From: Clostridiales bacterium
Lineage (GTDB): Bacteria > Bacillota > Clostridia > Oscillospirales > CAG-272
Direction of reading: 5' to 3'
DNA length: 40,666 nt
NCBI GenBank assembly: GCA_016280525.1
Contig: JAEEGW010000194.1
Location: 1 to 40,666, forward strand
This document shows, in pieces, positions 1 through 6,397 of this stretch; position 1 is the first letter of the stretch; each line of letters opens with the position of its first letter. The translations under genes and the position numbers were made by a program. The notes below the pieces were generated by a model. It searched no databases. It was not told the origin of the DNA and saw only the letters and a program-made list of their open reading frames with translations.

Positions 1-870
1 ATCATAGCTCGTCAGCGTTTCGCAGACTCCGCAGTACGCGGCGAATTTCGTGAAACCGAGCCCGTCGATGTTGACGTCGATGTACGACGTGTAACCGGAC
101 GACGAAGCATGGAATCCCACGCCTTTGCTGAAGAACTTGCCATCCGTGCTGAATATGATCTCGTTCGCGGTATTGCAGTCGCGGCCGACGATATTGCCGG
201 TGTACGTGTGGTTGTCGGACCAGTAAAGGTCGCTTATGTAAGCGTGATCGCCCGAAACGAGCTCGGCCGGCTGAGGTTCGTCCGTTTTGTCGGGATCGAA
301 GCCGCCGGAGCCCTGGCTCTGCCATTCCGGCGTCTCGGGCTTTTCATTGCAGAGCATCGCGTCGCCCCAGATTCCGGCGTCGCAGGCGTAGTTGCCGCAG
401 TTGTTCTGCGTGAGCCGCAGAAGCTTTACGCCCTCCACGTCGACGCAGATGAAATACGGCTTTTTGCCCCAGTCGATCTCGGGAGTCTGCGCGAGCAGCG
501 CTCCGTCGCCGTAAACGCTGAAGGAGATGCTCCCCCATTCGAGAAAATAAGACGCCTCCTGCAGTACGCCGACCGTGGCGTAGAAATATTTCATACCGAG
601 CGACGATATATCGAATTCGATATAAGCGTCCTTGTCCGGCAGACAGTGCATGCCGATGCCTTTTTTGAACGTCAGCTGCCAGGTCTTCAGTTTTTCACCG
701 GAGTGCGCGGCGTTCATGCCTATGCCGTCAAGGCTTTCGTGCGCGGTCATCAGATCCGCCCTGTCGCCCAGACTCACCTGTTCTTCCGCCGCGGATACGC
801 GCAAGACGAAAAGCGGCAGAACGAGAAGGACCGCGGCGGCAGCGGAGATGATCCGCAGCAGTTTTTTCAT
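1..870 (-). CDS. Secreted protein with two NPCBM-like carbohydrate-binding modules; N-terminal part only, continues past the left edge
   Basis: Absent from the ORF track because it runs off the window. The reverse complement of 868-870 is ATG, preceded by GGAAAGGAG (rc of 877-885). My hand translation is open for all 290 codons to position 1. It starts with a signal-peptide-like MKKLLRIISAAAAVLLVLPLFVLRVSA. It then shows KGIGMH..AYIEFDI..FYATVGV..ISFSVYGDG..DAGIWGDAML and a second KGVGFHASSSGYTSYIDVNIDG..FAAYCGV, the pattern I associate with NPCBM modules. The listed + ORF 109..957 is its antisense shadow. Confidence 0.75.
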   Translation of the reverse strand, partial: MKKLLRIISAAAAVLLVLPLFVLRVSAAEEQVSLGDRADLMTAHESLDGIGMNAAHSGEKLKTWQLTFKKGIGMHCLPDKDAYIEFDISSLGMKYFYATVGVLQEASYFLEWGSISFSVYGDGALLAQTPEIDWGKKPYFICVDVEGVKLLRLTQNNCGNYACDAGIWGDAMLCNEKPETPEWQSQGSGGFDPDKTDEPQPAELVSGDHAYISDLYWSDNHTYTGNIVGRDCNTANEIIFSTDGKFFSKGVGFHASSSGYTSYIDVNIDGLGFTKFAAYCGVCETLTSYD

Positions 871-1011
871 GTCGATCTCCTTTCCTTGATGTTATCTGTG
901 TCAATGATATCACAAAAACGGCGCATTGTCAACCCGACGACTCAGCTCAGGCGATAAAAATCACATAAATGAATATGTAAAAAAATCAGATATAACATTA
1001 AAAAAACCATC

Positions 1012-1040
1012 TTGACAAACATCTGCTCGTGCGATATAAT
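1012..1040 (+). promoter_or_regulatory. Sigma-70-type promoter belonging to a relic of a sister element
   Basis: TTGACA (1012-1017), a 17-bp spacer, then TATAAT (1035-1040). The block 1011..~1160 aligns by eye with 31556..~31705 of the main island. Confidence 0.6.
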
Positions 1041-1045
1041 GTGCT

Positions 1046-1059
1046 CGAACAGACGTTCT
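1046..1059. promoter_or_regulatory. LexA-type (Cheo/SOS) box in the relic promoter
   Basis: CGAACAGACGTTCT has the GAAC-N4-GTTC form and lies immediately downstream of the -10. It occupies the same position as box 2 at 31592..31605. Confidence 0.5.
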
Positions 1060-1086
1060 AATATCATTTTATCGGGGGGAATATAG

Positions 1087-1185
1087 TTGACAGAAAGCAA
1101 GATCGAACTGTCAAAAGAGGACATAGACGAATTAAAATCGTTTTTCAAAAAGAATAATATTTTCAATACTGATCTAACGGGATAA
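1087..1185 (+). pseudogene. Truncated 5' fragment of a homologue of the 31635..32567 gene
   Basis: A TTG-initiated 32-codon ORF, MTESKIELSKEDIDELKSFFKKNNIFNTDLTG*. Its first ~25 residues match MTENKIELSQEDVAELKSFFEKNDI of the island gene. Homology stops near 1163. Confidence 0.65.
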
Positions 1186-1207
1186 TATAAGCCCCTATGT
1201 AGATAAA

Positions 1208-1252
1208 AACACCGCATATCCTGCGATCTTGCAAGATATGCGGTGTTATTTT
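1208..1252 (+). terminator. Terminal hairpin/terminator of the relic element
   Basis: A 13-bp stem, AACACCGCATATC (1208-1220) pairing with GATATGCGGTGTT (1235-1247), followed by ATTTT. The block 1197..1251 aligns with 37812..37866 at the right end of the main island. Confidence 0.6.
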
Positions 1253-1292
1253 GGTGCGGGTGACAAGAATTGAACTTGCACAGCCTTGCGAC
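1252..1292 (-). other. 3' fragment of a different tRNA gene (T-arm + acceptor + CCA), possibly Leu-like; att remnant of the relic
   Basis: The reverse complement reads ..GTCGCAAGGCTGTGCAAGTTCAATTCTTGTCACCCGCACCA, with a T-arm GCAAG/TTCAATT/CTTGT and a 3' acceptor CACCCGC-A-CCA. I could not find a matching 5' acceptor strand (CACCCGC on the + strand) to the right, so it is not a complete tRNA. The extent is approximate. Confidence 0.45.
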
Positions 1293-1412
1293 TATAAGAA
1301 CCTGATGGTAACGTCCCCTCCTTACCGTGCTTATAATTCGGTTTGTGCAAAGAGGCCTACGTAACCGTTAATATTTTCCGAAAGTGTAGTTAGGTACAAT
1401 AGACATATTGTG

Positions 1413-2513
1413 TCAATCTTCAAAATCAACGTCGCCAAAGGGAAATTCGATTCCGGACATGTTTTTCACCTTTTCAACATATGCCCCGAATCGCTCAGAA
1501 TTCCGGATGCGGTCAAATGCGTGATTTTGAATGTGACACAGAATATAGTCGCGGTTATGGTGTGTGTACGCAAGATCGCGATTATAGACAATCTCATTTA
1601 AAAATGGATTATTCTCATATCTATGTTCACCGAGAGGAAGGTTATCTTCAAACAGGGCTGTTTCGTACCATTTGTCCAACACCTCGAAGGTTTTGTCGTC
1701 ATTTCCGATGGATGCGCAGCACTCTGCGAGGTGTGTATAAAGAGCCATATAAACATAGCTGATCCACGCTTTGTCTCCAAGATAAGTTAGATCAAGGATC
1801 TTTTCAGCAGTTTCGTAGGCGAATATTCGGGTCTCCATGTCAGGGAATTTCATGTTCATAACAGCCCATGCCATGCCTTCACCGTAATATTTAAAAACCT
1901 GTTGGCACCAATAATTTTTCTTTTCATAACCATCAATCTTTGACAGCATTTCCGCTTTGAGCGTACCCCAATCACCGCCAATGTTTGCAATACGGAGAGC
2001 GTTTTCGGAATCGCGAAGACAGTTATAAATATGATGCAGAGCTTCCATTGTTCGGCTCCTAAGAGCGTTATCAGTGCTTTCATCCATAACTTTTTCGTAA
2101 AATTCTGCGGCTTTTTTACAATGGCAAATATAATTTTCATCGTCATAGGCCTTTGCACAGTAGAAGTGCGTTTGCGCAATTTCAAAATGTATAGTGCTAT
2201 TGTGGGGATATCTCGCGTACAGTTTCATCCATGCCTCAAGCGCATCTTCGTTTGCTGTTTCTAGAGCATCGCAGTATTTTCTCGTTTCTTCAATTTCTTT
2301 TTCCATGCCGTCCGGGCTGATTCCGAAAAGAACGTCAGCCGATACGCCAAAAAGTGCCGAAAGAGGTACAATGAGTGAAACATCAGGAGAGCAGATTTCC
2401 ATTTCCCATTTTGACACTGCCTGCGCCGATATATTCAGTTTGGCCGCAAGATCTTCCTGCGTCATACCGCGCTCCTTACGGAGCTTTCTGATGTTTTGTC
2501 CAAGGGTAGTCAT
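1413..2513 (-). CDS. XRE-family HTH transcriptional regulator with a long helical/TPR-like C-terminal domain (RNPP-like architecture)
   Basis: 366-aa ORF with RBS AAAGGAGAAAAATT before the ATG. The N-terminus LGQNIRKLRKERGMTQEDLAAKLNISAQAVSKWE is a classic Cro/C1-type HTH. The remaining ~300 aa are helical and rich in repeated aromatic/Ala pairs. Confidence 0.85.
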   Translation of the reverse strand: MTTLGQNIRKLRKERGMTQEDLAAKLNISAQAVSKWEMEICSPDVSLIVPLSALFGVSADVLFGISPDGMEKEIEETRKYCDALETANEDALEAWMKLYARYPHNSTIHFEIAQTHFYCAKAYDDENYICHCKKAAEFYEKVMDESTDNALRSRTMEALHHIYNCLRDSENALRIANIGGDWGTLKAEMLSKIDGYEKKNYWCQQVFKYYGEGMAWAVMNMKFPDMETRIFAYETAEKILDLTYLGDKAWISYVYMALYTHLAECCASIGNDDKTFEVLDKWYETALFEDNLPLGEHRYENNPFLNEIVYNRDLAYTHHNRDYILCHIQNHAFDRIRNSERFGAYVEKVKNMSGIEFPFGDVDFED

Positions 2514-2573
2514 AATTTTTCTCCTTTGAAATAGTTTTCGGTACCGTTGAGAATATTATAGCAGAAAATCAGG

Positions 2574-2624
2574 TTATTTCAACAGGTTAAATTTACAGAA
2601 AAACTCAACCGTGGGTTGAAATAA
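2574..2624. promoter_or_regulatory. Perfect 10-bp inverted repeat upstream of the XRE gene (candidate operator)
   Basis: TTATTTCAAC (2574-2583) and GTTGAAATAA (2615-2624). A nested palindrome CAACC-GTG-GGTTG lies at 2606-2618. The site is 60-110 bp upstream of the minus-strand start at 2513. Confidence 0.4.
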
Positions 2625-2780
2625 TGTGTCGAAGATTTAGATGCCATTGAAGAAAAACACATATACCGCACTACTTTTATGTTTTTTGGAGTATAATTGG
2701 CAGTTACATCACCTTATGTGGCGAAGAAAGGCTCTGATAGTGCCAACTGCCCAACTTCCAAAAAATGGGGTAAACTCAGC

Positions 2781-2814
2781 AAAAAAAGCCCTAAAAATCA
2801 CCGATTTTTAGGAC
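2781..2814 (-). terminator. Rho-independent terminator that originally followed the tRNA-Pro 3' end
   Basis: Stem CCTAAAAATC (2790-2799) pairs with GATTTTTAGG (2803-2812) around a 3-nt loop. On the minus strand it is followed by a T-run (rc of A7 at 2781-2787). It lies directly after the displaced tRNA 3' segment at 2821..2866. Confidence 0.6.
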
Positions 2815-2820
2815 TTTTTG

Positions 2821-2866
2821 TGGTCGGAGTGAGAAGATTTGAACTTCCGGCCTCTTGGTCCCGAAC
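2821..2866 (-). repeat. attL: displaced 46-bp 3' segment of tRNA-Pro
   Basis: TGGTCGGAGTGAGAAGATTTGAACTTCCGGCCTCTTGGTCCCGAAC is identical to 37867..37912. Sequence diverges immediately on both sides. Confidence 0.85.
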
Positions 2867-2975
2867 GGCGGTTTTTTATTCCTTTTACATTTTTTTGGGT
2901 TTTTTATCCCTTTTTAATCGGTAAAATACTTTTTTCAGCAGTCTTTATACCGTCGTCTACATTTGTTTTATTTCC

Positions 2976-2998
2976 GTTTGTGGTCAGATATGTGGTCA
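2976..2998 (+). promoter_or_regulatory. Candidate arm-type integrase binding site (left arm)
   Basis: GTTTGTGGTCAGATATGTGGTCA contains TGTGGTCA twice at a 12-bp register. The 23-mer is identical to 37757..37779, in the same orientation. Confidence 0.5.
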
Positions 2999-3432
2999 AA
3001 ATCGGACACGATCAAATATCGTGACGCAAGCCAAAGAAAAAACAATTACGAAATCCTCAGGCTTTAAGATGTGAGGCGGCGACGGGTATCAGCCAAACGT
3101 CGTTCTATTTTATTGCTCCATTGATTTTGTCGCACATGCAAAATGTTGTTATGCGCTGTGCTGACAGCTTCCGTTTTCAGCAGCGCAATTAACGTCAGTA
3201 TAATTCATTTTACACCTCCGTTCTGCATACATTATACACTGTTGTTTCGCAGATATCAAGATATACGAAACAAAAATTATTAAAAATTCAGAAATCAATA
3301 CAAATTGTTACGTCTCATTTGCTATGCTGGCTCAAAGCCCGGCACATTTTCAGGCAAAAACAAAAACACGTATATTAATGTAAAAGTTTTGTGAACAATA
3401 ACAAAAAAACGCGAAACTGTACGCGTTGCTTA

Positions 3433-3460
3433 TTGTAATTTTAATAATTTTTGATATAAT
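3433..3460 (+). promoter_or_regulatory. Putative promoter of the cargo operon
   Basis: TTGTAA (3433-3438), a 16-bp spacer, then TGATATAAT (extended -10, TATAAT at 3455-3460). It lies in a long AT-rich non-coding stretch ~60 bp upstream of the 3518 start. Confidence 0.4.
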
Positions 3461-3517
3461 ATAGTTAATATAATACAAACTAACTAAATATAATAAAAAT
3501 AAAGGATGTAACAGATT

Positions 3518-6148
3518 ATGAGCGGTTTTGTTATTGAAAACGGAGTTTTGAAAAAGTACACCGGAAAAGGCAAAGACGTCGTCATACCGGAAAGCGTAAC
3601 AAAAATAGGCGATAGTGCGTTCTTCAGCTGTAGCGGTCTTACAAGCATCACGATACCTGGCAGCGTAATGTCAATAGGAGATCAAGCGTTCAGCTATTGC
3701 AGAGGTCTTACAAACGTAACAATACCGGACAGTGTAATGAAAATAGGCGATGATGCATTCGCCGGTTGCAGCGGTCTTAAAAGCGTTACTATACCGGGCA
3801 GCGTAACGAAAATAGGCGATTGTGTTTTCGAATGCTGCAGCGGCCTTATGAATGTGACGATACCAAACAGTGTAATGAAAATAGGCAATAATGCGTTCCG
3901 CGAATGCCGCGCCCTTACAAACGTTACGATACCCGACGGCGTAATTTCAATAGGCAATAGTACGTTCTACGGCTGCAATGGTCTAACAAGCGTTACGATA
4001 TCCGACAGTGTAACGAAAATAGGCAAGAGTGCGTTCAGCTATTGCAACAACCTTACAAGCGTGACGATAGGTAACGGCGTAACGGAAATAGGCGATGGTG
4101 CGTTCAGCTGGTGCAGCGGCCTTACAAGCGTGACTATACCGGACGGTATAACGTCGATAGGTAAACAGGCGTTCTCCGGCTGCAGGGGTCTTACAAGCGT
4201 GACGATATCGGACAGCGTAACGTCAATAGGCGATTGTGCGTTCTCCGGCTGCAGCAGTCTTACAAGCGTAACGATACCTGGCAGCGTAATAAGAATAGGC
4301 GATTATGCGTTCTCCTCCTGCAGCGGTCTTACAAGCGTGACAATACCTGACGGTGTTACGGAAATAGGCGAGGGTACATTTTCTTGCAGCGGCCTTACAA
4401 GCGTGACTATACCGGACGGTATAACGTCGATAGGTAAACAGGCGTTCTCCGGCTGCAGGGGTCTTACAAGCGTGACGATACCGGACAGCGTAACATCAAT
4501 AGGCGATTGTGCGTTCTTCCGCTGCAGCGGTCTGACAAGCATCACTATACCTGGCGGCGTAACGGAAATAGGCGATGGTACGTTCTCCGACTGTAACGGC
4601 TTGACATATAACGAATATGACAATGGCTTGTACATCGGAAATTATAATAATAAATACTTTGTTTTAGTAAAGGCAAAAAACACATGGATAACATCGTGTA
4701 ATATACATAATTATACAAAATTCATACATTCTTTTGCGTTCAATGGATGCAACAGTTTTACAAGCGTGACGATACCGGATAGTGTAACGAAAATAGGAGA
4801 TGGGGTGTTCCACGGTTGTAGCGGTCTTACAAGCGTGACGGTCGGCAGCAGCGTCAAAACAATAGAATGGGGTGCGTTTGACGGCTGCGTCAATTTTAAA
4901 AACGTAATTCTGAAAAACGGAAAAGATCTGTTGTGGTTTGCAGAAAATAGCGGCAATTACGCTCCGCTCTGCTGTAACGCGACGGAAGAAGAGATGGCGG
5001 AGCTGATAAAAGCCGCCGCAAAATGGGACAAGGATAAAAAAGAGGCTTTTTACAATACGTATATGATAAGCGAAACGCGCGCCGCTATACTGCTTGCGGA
5101 AAAGCGGAAAGAAATGGAAGCTTACGCGGAGTTTCATAACACCACGGTCGACGATATGCGCGACAATATGCTCTCCGATCTCGGGCTTGACGAAGACGGC
5201 TGCAAGAAATACGATATCGGAAATATGACGGTAAACGTCAGAATGCTGCCCGACTTTACGTTCACGGTCGAGCTTCCGGACGGGAAAGCCTCAAAGTCGA
5301 TCCCCAAAAAAGGCGCAGATGAAAAGAAATACGAAGAGGCGAACAAGGACTTTTCTGAGATCAAAAAGAATGTCAAGAAGATATGGAAAAACCGCTCTGA
5401 CGTTATCCTGTCCGATTTCATAACCGGAAAAGAGCGTGAAGCGTCGTACTGGCGGAAAACGTATACGGACAACCCCGTACTTCGCGGAGTTGCAAGCCTT
5501 ATCGTCTGGGAACAGAACGGAGCGTATTTCACACAAACGGAAAAAGGACCCGTGTCATGCGACGGCGTGCCGTATGAACTTGGAGAAGGTACGATCAGTG
5601 TCGCTCATCCGCTTGAAATGACTTTGGATCAAATCGCTTCATGGCAGAAATATTTCACCGATCGCGCACTGAAACAGCCGTTTGCGCAGATCTGGGAGCT
5701 CGTACATAAACCGGAGGATATAAAGCCGGACAGATATAAAGACTGCCCGATACTGTTCTTTGCGCTGCAGGGCGCCGGAAAGCACGGCTTTGACGAAAAG
5801 CTTGAGATACCCGGCTGCAAGATCGAAACGAACTGGACTTCCGAAAAAGCGCCGAACGGCAATTCCGTAAGCTACTGCAATATCACAAGCTTCAAGATAG
5901 AAAAGTACAGCCGCGCCGTGAATCACGCGATAGCGTATCTCGACCGCACGACAGTTCTCGGACGTATAGCGAAAGACGATATCAGCGTCATGGATTATGT
6001 AAAAGGCTGCAATATAGCGCAGATCACGGATTATATCGATGCCGCGTCAAATGCGAAAGCCGTAAACGTCCTCGCCGCGCTTATGGAATACAAAAACAAA
6101 ACCTACCCCGACGTCGACCCGATGGCGGAATTTACACTTGAATGGTAA
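3518..6148 (+). CDS. Cytoplasmic BspA/TpLRR-type LRR protein fused to a DUF4132-like C-terminal domain
   Basis: 876 aa. About 19 repeats of 23 aa with consensus C.GLTSVTIPDSVTSIGD.AFSG. There is no N-terminal hydrophobic signal. The C-terminal ~400 aa contain SIPKKGADEKKY..LIVWEQNG..AHPLEM..WQKYF..KQPFAQIWE, the pattern I associate with DUF4132 (MolR/YehI type). The protein ends EYKNKTYPDVDPMAEFTLEW. Confidence 0.85.
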   Translation: MSGFVIENGVLKKYTGKGKDVVIPESVTKIGDSAFFSCSGLTSITIPGSVMSIGDQAFSYCRGLTNVTIPDSVMKIGDDAFAGCSGLKSVTIPGSVTKIGDCVFECCSGLMNVTIPNSVMKIGNNAFRECRALTNVTIPDGVISIGNSTFYGCNGLTSVTISDSVTKIGKSAFSYCNNLTSVTIGNGVTEIGDGAFSWCSGLTSVTIPDGITSIGKQAFSGCRGLTSVTISDSVTSIGDCAFSGCSSLTSVTIPGSVIRIGDYAFSSCSGLTSVTIPDGVTEIGEGTFSCSGLTSVTIPDGITSIGKQAFSGCRGLTSVTIPDSVTSIGDCAFFRCSGLTSITIPGGVTEIGDGTFSDCNGLTYNEYDNGLYIGNYNNKYFVLVKAKNTWITSCNIHNYTKFIHSFAFNGCNSFTSVTIPDSVTKIGDGVFHGCSGLTSVTVGSSVKTIEWGAFDGCVNFKNVILKNGKDLLWFAENSGNYAPLCCNATEEEMAELIKAAAKWDKDKKEAFYNTYMISETRAAILLAEKRKEMEAYAEFHNTTVDDMRDNMLSDLGLDEDGCKKYDIGNMTVNVRMLPDFTFTVELPDGKASKSIPKKGADEKKYEEANKDFSEIKKNVKKIWKNRSDVILSDFITGKEREASYWRKTYTDNPVLRGVASLIVWEQNGAYFTQTEKGPVSCDGVPYELGEGTISVAHPLEMTLDQIASWQKYFTDRALKQPFAQIWELVHKPEDIKPDRYKDCPILFFALQGAGKHGFDEKLEIPGCKIETNWTSEKAPNGNSVSYCNITSFKIEKYSRAVNHAIAYLDRTTVLGRIAKDDISVMDYVKGCNIAQITDYIDAASNAKAVNVLAALMEYKNKTYPDVDPMAEFTLEW
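4112..4252 (+). repeat. Intragenic direct repeat, copy 1 (273-bp register)
   Basis: 4112..4207 is identical (96/96 by eye) to 4385..4480. The next ~45 bp are near-identical. The offset is 273 bp, which is 91 codons or four LRR units minus one residue. Confidence 0.8.
4385..4525 (+). repeat. Intragenic direct repeat, copy 2
   Basis: See 4112..4252. The same sequence TGCAGCGGCCTTACAAGCGTGACTATACCGGACGGTATAACGTCGATAGGTAAACAGGCG... recurs here. Confidence 0.8.
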
Positions 6149-6161
6149 AGGAGAAAAGAAA

Positions 6162-6380
6162 ATGAATAACGACGGATGGAAAGCGGCGGCTTTTGACCGC
6201 GCGGGATACAACGGTATCCGTGAAGAACATATTGAAGCAGTTGCTGACGAGCTTGCGGCGACGGGATTGACGACGATAACGCGCGACGATTTTGACCGCG
6301 CCTGCCTGCGCTGCGGTATCGATGGCAGCAATTTCAAGCAGTCCGATCTTGACAGGCTGAAAGAACTACTTAATAAATAA
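6162..6380 (+). CDS. Small acidic hypothetical protein (72 aa)
   Basis: I prefer the ATG at 6162 over 6138 because it is preceded by AAAGGAGAAAAGAAA, the same RBS context as the next gene (GAGGAGAAAAGAAA before 6398). There is no recognisable domain. It is locally more GC-rich than its neighbours. Confidence 0.6.
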   Translation: MNNDGWKAAAFDRAGYNGIREEHIEAVADELAATGLTTITRDDFDRACLRCGIDGSNFKQSDLDRLKELLNK

Positions 6381-6397
6381 TACGAGGAGAAAAGAAA

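Noticed and set aside
109-957. The 282-aa + strand ORF (and the 2..325 minus ORF) at the left edge.
   Set aside because: The real gene is on the minus strand in another frame (1..870), with an RBS, a signal peptide and NPCBM-like motifs. The listed ORFs are Arg/Ala-rich shadows typical of GC-rich antisense frames.
1367-1405. A 12-codon ORF (MSIVPNYTFGKY*) directly downstream of the XRE-TPR regulator, as a possible RNPP signalling peptide.
   Set aside because: It has no RBS and no export or leader segment. It is much shorter than known Phr/SHP/AimP precursors and cannot be distinguished from chance.
2697-3024. ORFs 2697..2924 and 2839..3024 spanning the left island junction.
   Set aside because: They run across a terminator, the displaced tRNA fragment (attL) and the AT-rich arm region. 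They have no RBS and a hydrophobic, nonsense-like translation.
3149-3208. A 19-codon minus-strand ORF (MNYTDVNCAAENGSCQHSA*) with a strong GGAGGTG RBS (rc of 3213..3219) in the left arm.
   Set aside because: It is too short to evaluate, has no homology clue and lies in an AT-rich non-coding arm. The SD-like sequence could be fortuitous. It is worth a look only if Ribo-seq data exist.
3600-4600. Highly regular ~69-bp periodic repeats, which could be mistaken for a CRISPR array or satellite DNA. They also occur at 11800-12150, 12700-13350, 20850-21560 and 23500-24000.
   Set aside because: The periodicity is 23 codons, lies inside long uninterrupted ORFs, and translates to canonical BspA-type LRR units. 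There are no unique spacers, no leader and no cas genes.
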